This document shows positions 47,662 to 58,031 of a stretch of DNA of 64,000 nucleotides, in pieces. A program made the translations under genes and the position numbers. Location of the stretch: NCBI GenBank assembly GCA_963769885.1, contig CAVYNH010000006.1, positions 160,001 through 224,000 on the forward strand, written 5' to 3'. The DNA comes from Methanobacteriota archaeon (lineage in GTDB: Archaea > Thermoplasmatota > E2 > DHVEG-1). Within the stretch, counting starts at the first letter, position 1, and every line of letters begins with the position of its first letter. Below the pieces are notes generated by a model, which saw only the letters and a list, made by a program, of their open reading frames with translations, did not search any database and was not told where the DNA came from.

Positions 47662-48381
47662 ATGACCACCACCGTCGAGGTCACCAACCTCGTCAAAAAC
47701 TACGGAGCCTTCCAAGCCCTCAAAGGCATCACCTTCAAAATCGACGAAGGCGAAATCTTCGGCCTCATCGGCCCCAACGGCGCAGGCAAAACCACCGCCC
47801 TGCGCGTCCTCGCCACCCTCCTCACCCTCAACGGCGGCACCGCCACCATCCTCGGCCACGACCTCGTCAAAGACGCAGCCGAAATCCGCAAACACATCAG
47901 CTACCTCCCCGAGGACGCGGGCGCATACAAGACCCTCACCGGACGCGCCTACCTCCAGTTCATCGCCAACTTCTTCGAAGCCCACCACGCCAGAGACATG
48001 GTCACCCGCGGCATCGAGATCGCGGACCTCGGCGCCCGCATCGACGACCGCGTCGACACCTACAGCAAAGGCATGATGCGCCGCCTCCTCGTCGGCCGCG
48101 CCCTCATGACCAACCCCAAACTCGCGATCCTCGACGAGCCCACCACCGGCCTCGACGTCCTCAACGCCCAAGAAATCCGCAAACTCATCAAAACCACGGC
48201 AGAACACGGCACCACCGTCCTCCTATCATCCCACAACATGCTCGAAGTCGAATACCTCTGCGACCGCATCGCCCTCATCGCAGACGGCAAAATCATCGAA
48301 GAAGGCAACCCCACCGGCCTCATGAAAAAACACAACGCCAGAAACATCGAAGAAGTCTTCACCAAGGTGGTGCACCAATGA
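47662..48381 (+). CDS. ABC transporter ATP-binding protein (NatA-like)
   Basis: GPNGAGKT, YSKGM, LDEPT. Confidence 0.92.
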   Translation: MTTTVEVTNLVKNYGAFQALKGITFKIDEGEIFGLIGPNGAGKTTALRVLATLLTLNGGTATILGHDLVKDAAEIRKHISYLPEDAGAYKTLTGRAYLQFIANFFEAHHARDMVTRGIEIADLGARIDDRVDTYSKGMMRRLLVGRALMTNPKLAILDEPTTGLDVLNAQEIRKLIKTTAEHGTTVLLSSHNMLEVEYLCDRIALIADGKIIEEGNPTGLMKKHNARNIEEVFTKVVHQ

Positions 48382-49664
48382 GCGGACTGACCAACATCCT
48401 CAAAAAAGAAATCAGAGAACTCCTCACCATCCAGACCTTCCTCCCAATCATCCTCATCGCCCTCATCTTCGGCAGCATGGGCAACAGCATCCAAGGAATC
48501 ACAGAACAGGCAAAGACACCACCCATCATCGGCCTCATCAACGAAGACACCGGCAGCCTCGGCAACATCACAGCCAGCGTCCTCCACTCCGCAGCCAAAG
48601 TCGTCTACAACGGCACCACCGACGCCGACAAACCAGCCGGACTCGCCACCATACAACAGAAAAACGGGGCAGCCCTCATCGTCATCCCCAGCAACTTCAC
48701 CGCCGACATCCAAGCCAACAAACCCGGCAGCCTCCAGGTCTACTGGATCATGAAAGGCGCCGGCCTCTTCGACACCATCCCCAGCACTAGCGTCGACTAC
48801 ATCATCACCGCCGCCAACACCCAAATCTCCAAAACCCTCATCACCACCAACCAAAGCATCAACGCCACCGTCGTCCTCACCCCCACCACCCGCATCGAAA
48901 CCACCTACTTCAAGAACCGCGAATTCACCGGACTCTCCCCCAACGCCATCACCAGCATCCTGTCCTCACAATCCATGCTCATCCCCATCGTCATGATGAT
49001 GATCATCATCATGGCCGGCAGCCTCGTCATCACCAGCATGGCCTTCGAAAAAGAAAACAAGACCCTCGAAACCCTCCTCACCCTCCCCGTCAAACGCACC
49101 AGCATCGTCACCGGCAAGATCGCGGCCGCCGCCTTCATCGGCCTCATCCTCGCCATCATCTACATGGTAGGCATGAACTACTATTTCGCCGGCTTTCAAT
49201 CTATAGGCGGCACCAGCATCAGCAGCTACGGCCTCACCCCCACCACCCAAGACTACCTCGTCATCGGCGTCTCCCTCTTCATCACCCTCATCGCCGGCCT
49301 CGCCCTCTGCATGCTCCTCGGCTCCTTCGCCAAGAACTACAAGAGCGCCCAGACCCTCACCTTCCCCATCACCATGCTCGCCCTCGTCCCCATGTTCCTC
49401 ACCATGTTCTTCGACTTCGACACCCTTCCCCCAGCGCTGCAGGTCCTCACCTTCGCGATCCCCTTCAGCCACCCCATGATGGCCCCCCGCCTCCTCATGT
49501 TCCACGACTACACCCTCGTCGCCGCCGGCCTCCTCTACGTCACCGTCTTCGCCGTCGTCACCATCAGCATCGTCGTCTGGGTCTTCAAAACCGACCGACT
49601 CCTCACCGGCAGCACCAGCAAATGGGCCAAAGCACTCAAACTCAGACGAAGACGACCCTCCTAA
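48378..49664 (+). CDS. ABC transporter permease (NatB-like)
   Basis: KKEIRE, EKENKTLETLLTLPV, AKNYKSAQ, IPFSH. Confidence 0.88.
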   Translation: MSGLTNILKKEIRELLTIQTFLPIILIALIFGSMGNSIQGITEQAKTPPIIGLINEDTGSLGNITASVLHSAAKVVYNGTTDADKPAGLATIQQKNGAALIVIPSNFTADIQANKPGSLQVYWIMKGAGLFDTIPSTSVDYIITAANTQISKTLITTNQSINATVVLTPTTRIETTYFKNREFTGLSPNAITSILSSQSMLIPIVMMMIIIMAGSLVITSMAFEKENKTLETLLTLPVKRTSIVTGKIAAAAFIGLILAIIYMVGMNYYFAGFQSIGGTSISSYGLTPTTQDYLVIGVSLFITLIAGLALCMLLGSFAKNYKSAQTLTFPITMLALVPMFLTMFFDFDTLPPALQVLTFAIPFSHPMMAPRLLMFHDYTLVAAGLLYVTVFAVVTISIVVWVFKTDRLLTGSTSKWAKALKLRRRRPS

Positions 49665-49754
49665 AAAAACCCACCCGACCCCTGCCCTCTCCCGTCATCT
49701 AACACAAATATATTAATAGCCACGCCTCTATTATAATCCAAGGGGGACACGACA

Positions 49755-51650
49755 GTGAACCACCACAACCACCACGAGCACTCTCGCATCTGGAAATACC
49801 TACTCTCCTGGAAAGGCCTCGGCTTCCACCTCGCCGGCATCGCCGCAATCCTGTGGTTCCTCCTGCGCAGCGGCACCAACCCAAAACGCCTCACCTACCC
49901 CTGCCAACAAGCCAGCCTCACCATCGCCACCGGCTACATCACCTTCTGGAGCTGCCTCCTCGCCGGCCTCCTCATCTGGATCAAAACCGCCCGCACCCGC
50001 ACCACCAAAACCATCCCCACCATCATCGCCGCCTGCCTCATGGCCTCCACCGTCACCACCGCCGTCCTCGCCACCCTCCCCACCATCACAAACCCCGTCG
50101 ACACCGGATCCTGGACCCCAATCCCAAAACAACCCATCGGCACCCCCGCCGGCATCAACCCCGGCCGCGTCGCCTGGGTCTGGGACCCCAACGCCACCCC
50201 CCAAAACCTCACCGGCTACTGGTGGGAACAACAAAACAACAACCAAACCGTCCTCGACACCATGTTCACCCAAGGCGTCTGCAAAGTCACCGGCGCACCA
50301 AACGCCACCGCCGCCTGGGACGCCCTCTTCCACGACTTCAACCAACGACACGGCAACGGCAACATCGGCTACCAACCAGGCGAAAAAATCGCCATCAAAA
50401 TCAACCTCAACAACGCCTGGGCGTCCACCGACCCCTACACCCACGAAGACAACGACCGCGACGCCAGCCCCTACGTCGTCAAAGCACTCCTCAGACAACT
50501 CGTCAACACCGTTGGCGTCAACCAAGACGACATCACCGTCTTCGACGCCTCACGACCCATGCCTAACTGCTTCTACAACCGCGTCATCTACCAACAATAC
50601 CCTGCAGACCCCCTCATCGAAGAATTCAACGCCGTCCACTTCGTCGACTCCACCGGCGGCGCCACCGGACGAGAAAAGGCGCAAGCCAGCACCACCACCG
50701 TCTACATCTTCAACGGCACCGGACTCCCGCGGACACTGCCCACCCAAGCCGCCGATACCAAATACCTCTTCGACATGCCCCTCCTCAAGCGCCACCCCAT
50801 CAACATGGGCGTCACCCTCTCCGGCAAAAACCTCTATGGCTCCTTCATCGAACCCGTCAGCGACATCCACCCAGACCACTACAACTCCCTGATCATGGGC
50901 AACCCCGCCCCCGCCACCGCCCTCCTCGCAGACGAGGACCTCGGCCAAAAAATGCTTCTCTTCATCGGCGACGGCATCTTCGCCACCAAAGTCGACCACG
51001 CCACCATCGCCAAATTCCTGATGTACCCCTTCAACAACGACTGGACCAACAGCCTCTTCTTCTCCCAAGACCCCATCGCGATGGATTCTGTGATGTATGA
51101 TTTCCTGTTCACCGAGGGCACCAACCCCTGCGAAGGCTCACAGAACTACCTTCACCAGGCAGCCCTGCCCCCCGCCAACCTCTACGACCCGGAGAACGAC
51201 GGCGTCTACCTCAACCACAGCATCGGCGTCCATGAGCATTGGGACACCAACGTCAGCATCTTCTCCCCGGACCGCTACAGCGGCCCCACAGGAGGAGGCA
51301 TCGACTTCCAGCCAATCAACGACGGAGCCCCCCAGCCCTCCGTCGTCATCACCCGACCCCAGGAGAACCACGCCTACTTCTTCGGCAAAGAGAAGACGCC
51401 CTTCCCATTCACCTTCATCCTCGGGAAGTACACCGTAGAAGCACAGATGAACGGCAACTACACGTCAGTGGAGAAAATCGAGTTCTACGTCGACGGCACA
51501 CTCCGCAGTACCGATACAGTAGCACCCTATACCTGGCTCTGGAGTTCCCTATCTCTACGCCGCCATACCCTTCAAGTGATCGCGTCCTACACCGTTGAGG
51601 GAAACCCCTACAATTCCACGGCCGCCTTACGGGTATGGAAGCTGCTCTAA
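49755..51650 (+). CDS. Exported DUF362-like protein with C-terminal Ig-like domain
   Basis: WFLLR..PKRLTYPCQ N-terminus, GEKIAIKIN, MPLLKRH..GVTLSGKNLYG, DPIAMDS; KIEFYVDG..APYTW. Confidence 0.7.
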   Translation: MNHHNHHEHSRIWKYLLSWKGLGFHLAGIAAILWFLLRSGTNPKRLTYPCQQASLTIATGYITFWSCLLAGLLIWIKTARTRTTKTIPTIIAACLMASTVTTAVLATLPTITNPVDTGSWTPIPKQPIGTPAGINPGRVAWVWDPNATPQNLTGYWWEQQNNNQTVLDTMFTQGVCKVTGAPNATAAWDALFHDFNQRHGNGNIGYQPGEKIAIKINLNNAWASTDPYTHEDNDRDASPYVVKALLRQLVNTVGVNQDDITVFDASRPMPNCFYNRVIYQQYPADPLIEEFNAVHFVDSTGGATGREKAQASTTTVYIFNGTGLPRTLPTQAADTKYLFDMPLLKRHPINMGVTLSGKNLYGSFIEPVSDIHPDHYNSLIMGNPAPATALLADEDLGQKMLLFIGDGIFATKVDHATIAKFLMYPFNNDWTNSLFFSQDPIAMDSVMYDFLFTEGTNPCEGSQNYLHQAALPPANLYDPENDGVYLNHSIGVHEHWDTNVSIFSPDRYSGPTGGGIDFQPINDGAPQPSVVITRPQENHAYFFGKEKTPFPFTFILGKYTVEAQMNGNYTSVEKIEFYVDGTLRSTDTVAPYTWLWSSLSLRRHTLQVIASYTVEGNPYNSTAALRVWKLL

Positions 51651-51721
51651 GACACGTTTCCTTCGTTATATCCTTCAAAACTGTTCTCCAGAAGACAATA
51701 TTTTTTCCGAATGAAGAGGAG

Positions 51722-51796
<75 letters not shown>

Positions 51797-51815
51797 AATC
51801 AGTAAAGGAGGGGAG

Positions 51816-51903
51816 CGCTGAGGAGGAGATTTGAACTCCTGCCCCCCTTGCGGAGGACCGGCTCTCAAGGCCGGCGCAGTGGGCCGAACTTTGCTACCTC
51901 AGC
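51816..51903 (-). tRNA. tRNA-Ser(UGA)
   Basis: GCTGAGG/CCTCAGC acceptor, CCGGC-CTTGAGA-GCCGG, long variable arm. Confidence 0.95.
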
Positions 51904-52007
51904 AGGACCTCGTTTTTTCCTTTCTCTCATGGGTTAAACCAAAAACGGTATAAAAAGAGTGGTACAAGAGTGGGGGAAAGAGAAGGAGGAGACAAGATGG
52001 TTCTCGT

Positions 52008-52322
52008 CTATGATTTGAGGACGATCTCGATGTGCACGCCGTCCGGGACTGAAATCCGCATCAGCTGGCGGAGCGCCCGGTCGCTGGCATCGAGGTCGAT
52101 GAGGCGCTTGTGCACCCGCATCTCCCAGTGGTCGATGGTCTCCGTACCCTCGCCATCGGGTGACTTGCGGCAGGGGACGCGCAGGCGTTTGGTCGGGAGC
52201 GGCACCGGTCCTTTCAGGGCGACGCCGGTCTTCTCTGCGATCATCTTGATTTGTGAGCAGACTTCGTCAAGCTTCTTTGCTTCCGTGCTGGTGAGTGAGA
52301 TTCGCGCTTTTTGTGCTGGCAT
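52008..52322 (-). CDS. rpsJ: 30S ribosomal protein uS10
   Basis: [27 protein letters not shown]. Confidence 0.97.
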   Translation of the reverse strand: MPAQKARISLTSTEAKKLDEVCSQIKMIAEKTGVALKGPVPLPTKRLRVPCRKSPDGEGTETIDHWEMRVHKRLIDLDASDRALRQLMRISVPDGVHIEIVLKS

Positions 52323-52378
52323 GGTCCGGTACCTCAGGATCGTTTCAAAGAAAGGGGATAGAAAGCGAAGTATGTGTC

Positions 52379-53662
52379 CTACTTCGCTGCCTCGACTTCA
52401 AGACAGACGCCGGCGGCGACGGTCTGGCCCATGTCGCGGATGGCGAACCGGCCAAGCTGTGGGATCTTCTTGGACGGTTCGATGACCATGGGTCGGGTCG
52501 GGACGATCTTGACGATTGCGGCGTCCCCGGTCTTGATGAAGTCAGGGTTCTCCTCTTTGACTTGTCCAGTTTTGGGATCGAGTTTCTTTTGTATTTCTTC
52601 GAAGCGGCACGCGACCTGTGCGGTGTAGCAGTGGAAAACAGGCGTGTACCCCTTGGTGATGACGGATGGGTGGTTCAGGACCATGATCTGCGCGGTGAAG
52701 GATTTTGCGACGGTCGGCGGGTCGTTGGGCGGGCCTGCGACGTCACCACGGCGGATCTGGTTCTTGTCGACACCTCGGACGTTGACCCCGACGTTGTCGC
52801 CGGGCATGCCCTGGGCGATCTGCTCGTGATGCATCTCGATGGTCTTGACCTCGCCGGTGACCCCGCCGGGCTTCATGCTGGGCTTGAAGATGATCTGCTG
52901 CCCGGGCTTCATGATGCCGCATTCAATCTTGCCGACCGGGACGGTGCCGACTCCCTTGATGGAGTAGACGTCCTGGATGGGCCAGCGGAGTGGGAGGTTC
53001 ACGGGCTTCTCAGGAACAGTGAAATTGTCGATTGCAGCGAGGATGGTCGGGCCGGTCCACCAGGTGAGCTTGGCCTTGTCCTTGATGTTGTCGCCGATGA
53101 AGGCGGAGACGGGGAGGAACTGGAGCTGCTCGTCCTTGTAGCCGACGCTCTTGGCGAGCTGGTGGACGTCGTTCTTGACCTGCTCATAGCGGGCCTTGTC
53201 GTAGGGCGGGGTGGTCGCGTCCATCTGGTTGATGGCGACGATCATCTGCTTGACGCCGAGGGTTCTGGCCAGGAACATGTGCTCCTTGGTCTGGGCCATG
53301 ACGCCGTGCTGGGCGGCGACGACGAGGATGGCAGCGTCCGCCTGGGACGTGCCGGTGATCATGTTCTTGACGAAGTCACGGTGGCCGGGGGCGTCGATGA
53401 TCGTGATGTAGTACTTGTTGGTGTCGAACCGCTTATGCGCGACATCAATCGTGACACCGCGTTCGCGTTCTTCCTTGAGTTGGTCGAAGATCCAGGCGAG
53501 CGCAAAGCTTTCTTTTCCCTTGGCTTTCGCCTCTTCTCTGAATTTCTCGACCATGTGAGCCGGGAACTGGCCGGTATCTAGGAGAATCCGACCGACGAGT
53601 GTAGACTTCCCGTGATCAACGTGACCAATAATTACCAGGTTCAGGTGTGGTTTCTCTGCCAT
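52379..53662 (-). CDS. tuf: Translation elongation factor EF-1alpha
   Basis: [34 protein letters not shown]. Confidence 0.97.
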   Translation of the reverse strand: MAEKPHLNLVIIGHVDHGKSTLVGRILLDTGQFPAHMVEKFREEAKAKGKESFALAWIFDQLKEERERGVTIDVAHKRFDTNKYYITIIDAPGHRDFVKNMITGTSQADAAILVVAAQHGVMAQTKEHMFLARTLGVKQMIVAINQMDATTPPYDKARYEQVKNDVHQLAKSVGYKDEQLQFLPVSAFIGDNIKDKAKLTWWTGPTILAAIDNFTVPEKPVNLPLRWPIQDVYSIKGVGTVPVGKIECGIMKPGQQIIFKPSMKPGGVTGEVKTIEMHHEQIAQGMPGDNVGVNVRGVDKNQIRRGDVAGPPNDPPTVAKSFTAQIMVLNHPSVITKGYTPVFHCYTAQVACRFEEIQKKLDPKTGQVKEENPDFIKTGDAAIVKIVPTRPMVIEPSKKIPQLGRFAIRDMGQTVAAGVCLEVEAAK

Positions 53663-53813
53663 AGTCTCTTTTACCTCCGACGTAGGTAGTTTTTGCCTAG
53701 TATTTTAGGTTTATCCCTAACTTCGGATGCTTTCTAGGTTTGATAGCGTATAGCCTTCTTGTTTATAAGGTTTACCTCGGAGAATTTCCAGAAGAAAATC
53801 GTGGAAAAAAAAG

Positions 53814-55203
53814 TCAGCGGGAAAGGTCGTGGATGACGGTCTCGACGATGGCTTTGTATTGACGTGTGAGCGCCTCGGCTTTGGGCTTGGTTTTTGCTTG
53901 GACGTAGACGCGGAAAATCGGCTCGGTGCCGGACGGGCGCATGAGCACCCAGCCGTCGCGGACGAAGAGTTTGACGCCGTCGGTGCGGTCGACGCCGGTG
54001 ACGTCCGGGTTGCCCTTGACGCGTTGGACGATGGCGTCCATGACCGCCTGTTTTTTGTCGTGGGGGCAGGGCATCTTGGATTTGTTCACCTCGTACTTCG
54101 GGATGGTGGCAATCAGGGAGGATAATGGCTGTTTTTCTTTCGTGAGGATCTCCAAGACCATGGCTAGGCTCATCGCGGAGTCCCGGCAGTACCTGGAGCT
54201 GGGGGAAGATGAGGCCGCCGTTCTCTTCGCCGCCGAAGATGGCTTGCCGTTCCATCATGACGCGGGCGACGATGGGGCTGCCGACCGCGGTGTAGACGAC
54301 CTGGCCGCCGTTTTCTTTGATGACATCTTCGAAGCAGGTGGAGGTGGTAACGGGAGTGACGGCGATGCCGCCATGTGCCTGTTTGGTGAGGTAGCGTCCG
54401 GCGAGGGCGAGGCTTTGGTCGCCCCAGACGTAGGTGCCGTGCTCGTCGACGAAGATGGCGCGGTCCGCGTCTCCGTCCTGGGCGATGCCGAAGTCCGCGT
54501 CGTGCTCAGGGACGGCTTTTATCAGGGCGCTGAGGTTGTCAGGAATCGGCTCACTGTTGCGTCCGGGGAAGGTGCCGTCGGGTTCGCAGAAGAGGGGGGT
54601 GAAGGTGCAGCCGAGTTTCTTGAGCAGGATGGGGGTGACGAGGCTGCCTGCGCCGTTGCCGCAGTCGAGGACGATATGATATTTCTTTTTCTTGATGGCG
54701 GCGACATCGACGCATTTGAGGATGCCGTTGATGTAGAGGGCGATGGCGCCGTCCCAGGTGCTGAGGGCGCCGACGTTCTTCCAGTCTGCTAACTTGTAGG
54801 CTTGTGTGAAGTAGAGGTCTTCGATGGCGTTTTCGACGTCTTTGGAGAACTCGGTGCCGTCGGCGGCGACGCCTTTGATGCCGTTGAACTGTGGGGGGTT
54901 GTGGGAGGCGGTGATGATGACGCCGGAGTCGTAGCCTTGCTCACGAACGGTGTACTGCAGGGTGGGGGTGGGGACGAGGCTGACGTCGGTGACGTCGCAG
55001 CCGGTGGCGAGCAGGCCGGCGCTGATGGCGGTTTTGAGCATGGTGTTGGAGAGTCGGGCGTCGGTGCCAATCGCGACTTTAGGCCGGGTTTTTTGCTGCC
55101 GGAGGAGTGTGCCCCAGGCTTTGCCGATGCCTAAGGCGAGGTCGGTGTTCATGTCTTCGTTGACGACGCCGCGGATGCCGTTGGTGCCGAAGAGTTTGGA
55201 CAT
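53814..55203 (-). CDS. Phosphohexomutase (PGM/PMM/GlmM family); apparent +1 frameshift at ~54192
   Basis: LFGTNGIRG, TASHNP, DGDADR, GEENG; CAG[G]TAC joins to the ORF with DGVK..RPSGTEP. Confidence 0.92.
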
Positions 55204-55247
55204 AGGGGGGATTCTCCTTTATGAAATATTTTGATTTTTCTTGGTTT

Positions 55248-56276
55248 TTATTCTTCGAGGACGTTGCCGATCTGCTTGGCGGGGTAGCCTGGCGGGATGG
55301 GCTGGGTCCAGACGATGGCGTTGGAGAGCCTGGTGTTGGGCTGGATGGTCTCATGGTCGCCGACGGCGACGTCTTCGAGGATTGCACCGTCGCCGATGTG
55401 GCAGCCTTCGCCGAGGACGCTGCGGCGGATGGTGGTCTGGGCGCCGATGATGGCGTCGTTGAAGACGACGGAGGAGTCGACGAAAGCCTTGGCTCCGACG
55501 GTGACATGGTTTCCGAGGCAGGATGCGGTGAGCGTGCCTTTGTTTATGGTGTGTGCTCCGGTGAGGTTCTGCTGGTGGTGTTGTTTGAGGAGTTGTTGGT
55601 TGACGTCAAGGTAGCTGCTGATGCGGCCGACGTCGATCCAGTAGCCTTGGAATTGGTAGCCGTAGAAGCGGTCAGTGTCGCGGATGATCTGGGGGAAGAT
55701 CTCTTTTTCCATGCTGATGAGGCGGCCGGGTGGGATGTAGTCCAGGACTGTTTTTTCGAGGAGGTAGGCGCCGGCGTTGATAAGGTTGCTGGGGGCGTCT
55801 TGTGGCTTGGGTTTTTCGACGAACTTGGTGATTTTTTTGTCCGGGGTGAGTGCGACGACGCCGTATTCGGAGACGTGGTCGACGGGCCAGAGGGAGATTG
55901 AGGCGACGGCGTTGTTTTTTTCGTGGAAGCGGAGCATGTGTTCGAGGTTGATGGAGGCGATGATGTCGGCGTTGAGGACGAAGAAGCGGCCGGTGAGGTA
56001 GTGGTCGGCGAATCTGACGGCGCCGCCGGTGCCGAGGGGCTGGGGCTCCTGGTTGACGATGATGGTTTGTGGGAGGTGGAGGGCGTCGATGGCGGCTTGG
56101 ATTTGGTCGCGGCGGTAGTTGACGGCGAGGATGACGGTGTCGACTTCTGGGGGGAGGCTGTGGAGGATGTAGGTGATCATGGGTTTGTTGAGGATGGGGA
56201 GTAGGGGTTTGGCTCGGGTGAAGGTGAAGGGACGCAGGCGGGTGCCGAAGCCTCCGGCGAGGATGATGGCCTCCAT
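55248..56276 (-). CDS. Sugar-phosphate nucleotidyltransferase (Man-1-P guanylyltransferase-like)
   Basis: LAGGFGTRLRP, PLGTGG, FVEKP, WIDVG, C-terminal hexapeptide repeats. Confidence 0.9.
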   Translation of the reverse strand: MEAIILAGGFGTRLRPFTFTRAKPLLPILNKPMITYILHSLPPEVDTVILAVNYRRDQIQAAIDALHLPQTIIVNQEPQPLGTGGAVRFADHYLTGRFFVLNADIIASINLEHMLRFHEKNNAVASISLWPVDHVSEYGVVALTPDKKITKFVEKPKPQDAPSNLINAGAYLLEKTVLDYIPPGRLISMEKEIFPQIIRDTDRFYGYQFQGYWIDVGRISSYLDVNQQLLKQHHQQNLTGAHTINKGTLTASCLGNHVTVGAKAFVDSSVVFNDAIIGAQTTIRRSVLGEGCHIGDGAILEDVAVGDHETIQPNTRLSNAIVWTQPIPPGYPAKQIGNVLEE

Positions 56277-56434
56277 AGTGTTCTCCTCAGGGATGTTGGT
56301 GTGGTTGCTGGTGTGCTAAAACGCGGGTTCTTTTAATAGTTACCGTTCAGGTTCCTTGGTTGTTCTAGGATGGCGGTAGGCAAAGTTTTATATTCTGAGG
56401 GAAAATAATTACCAATGCTTAGGGAGGCTTGCAG

Positions 56435-57301
56435 ATGAAGTTGCGTGTGAAGCGGAACGTGACCGTGCTTGGGTCGGTGTTCTTGATGGTCTGTGTGGTG
56501 CTGCCGTCGGTGGGCGCCGGCTTGATTGCGACGAAAGCGGATGCTTCGCGCGGGCGGGCTGGGGCGCCGACGGCGTCCAGTACGGGGGTGTTTTGGGGAC
56601 TGATCTTCGCGGTCGGGTACTATTATAACCATCCTGATAAGAACCGTCCGGAGATGATTAATGCCTCGAATAGCTTGCAGGCGACGCTGTTGGATTCGTC
56701 GAACTGGCAGCCGGATCATATCCATCTGGTGCAAGGTAGCGAGGCGACAGGGAAGCGGCTGATGCAGGAGCTGCGGTGGCTAGCGAAGAACTCGCAGCCA
56801 GGGGATTACGTCTTGGTGTACATCACGACGCATGGGGCGCAGATGCGTCTCAATGGGCGGCCGTTGGATCTGCCACCGAAGGACGAGCCGGATGGGATGG
56901 ATGAGTTCCTGATGATGTACAACGGGTTCGACAAGTGGTATTCCATCGTGTGGGATGACCCGTTGAACCTCTGCCTGAGTGCCATCAAGTGCCAGGGGCT
57001 GTGTTTGATTGTCGACAGCTGCTTCAGCGGCGGGTTCAACGACCGGCCGCTGCCGTCCTCGGGTCAGCAGCGGGTCGTGCTGATGTCCTGTGCGGAGAAT
57101 GAGGAGTCGTACGGCACTTCTTTCTCTGATTCCCTGATCACGGGGTTCCAGGGCTGGGCGGATTGGGTACTCTTCGGCGGGAACGGTGACGGCGTCGTCA
57201 CCGCGGAGGAAGCCTTTGGGTTTGCCCAATACTTTGTCTCAGGGCAGACGCCGACGATTGCGGATTACTCCAGCGCTGAGTTTCCAGTGACGTACGTCTG
57301 A
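56435..57301 (+). CDS. Secreted caspase-family (C14-like) peptidase
   Basis: Signal peptide, YITTHG and VDSCFSGG dyad, NGDGVVTAEEAF. Confidence 0.8.
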   Translation: MKLRVKRNVTVLGSVFLMVCVVLPSVGAGLIATKADASRGRAGAPTASSTGVFWGLIFAVGYYYNHPDKNRPEMINASNSLQATLLDSSNWQPDHIHLVQGSEATGKRLMQELRWLAKNSQPGDYVLVYITTHGAQMRLNGRPLDLPPKDEPDGMDEFLMMYNGFDKWYSIVWDDPLNLCLSAIKCQGLCLIVDSCFSGGFNDRPLPSSGQQRVVLMSCAENEESYGTSFSDSLITGFQGWADWVLFGGNGDGVVTAEEAFGFAQYFVSGQTPTIADYSSAEFPVTYV

Positions 57302-57415
57302 CGCCTTGACGGGGGCGCTGCCCCTCTGGTTTCTTCGGTTTCTTGGTGGGAAAACTATTAATTGGATTGTTTCATTCAGGAACGCACAAGGCCCCTCTTG
57401 GGGGTTGTGGTCATC

Positions 57416-57489
57416 GGGCTCGTGGTCTAGTTGGTTATGACGTCTCCTTGACACGGAGGAGGTCTTGAGTTCGAATCTCAACGAGCCCA
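57416..57489 (+). tRNA. tRNA-Val(GAC)
   Basis: GGGCTCG/CGAGCCC acceptor, TTGACAC anticodon loop, TTCGAAT T-loop. Confidence 0.95.
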
Positions 57490-57621
57490 CTCCACTTCTT
57501 CTTATCTCATCCTCCTAGTGGGCATTTAACGCATTCAATCCATGAAGAGAAAACAGAATAAATTACCAGATGAATGTGAGATAGTAGGGAACAATAGGAA
57601 AAAAGAGCGGCGAAAGAAGAG

Positions 57622-57900
57622 ATGGTCGAAGATTATAATATTGAAAAAGACAAGGACATAAGAGCCTCATCTGTCCAAGGAGGAAAAATCATTGGGGAAA
57701 AATTATCATTATTCTCCTTTGTCATCGGGATACCATTGTTAATCATCGGATTGTTCTCGCTTTTTTTCATGATGTGCGGTCCTGGAGTACCTGTGAATAC
57801 GGCTGTACTCATCGCATCTCTACTAGTCTTTGTGATAGGCTTGTTATTGACGATTGGCGGAATCACAATTAAAAAGAGCAGGACGCGAGAGAGGGCTTGA
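57622..57900 (+). CDS. Small two-TM protein in AT-rich islet
   Basis: Two TMs; lies between tRNA-Val and a copy of its 3' end. Confidence 0.6.
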   Translation: MVEDYNIEKDKDIRASSVQGGKIIGEKLSLFSFVIGIPLLIIGLFSLFFMMCGPGVPVNTAVLIASLLVFVIGLLLTIGGITIKKSRTRERA

Positions 57901-57925
57901 GTTCGGATCCCAACGAGCCCACTCC
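57896..57925 (+). repeat. att-like direct repeat of the tRNA-Val 3' end
   Basis: 28/30 identical to 57464-57493. Confidence 0.85.
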
Positions 57926-58031
57926 GCTCATTCTGCATCTCTGCTTCTCGACGCTGCTTCCTGCCCAAACGCCTGTTTCTCGTCTAAAATTATATATATT
58001 ATAGAGTGATTATAAAATAGAACGTGACGTT

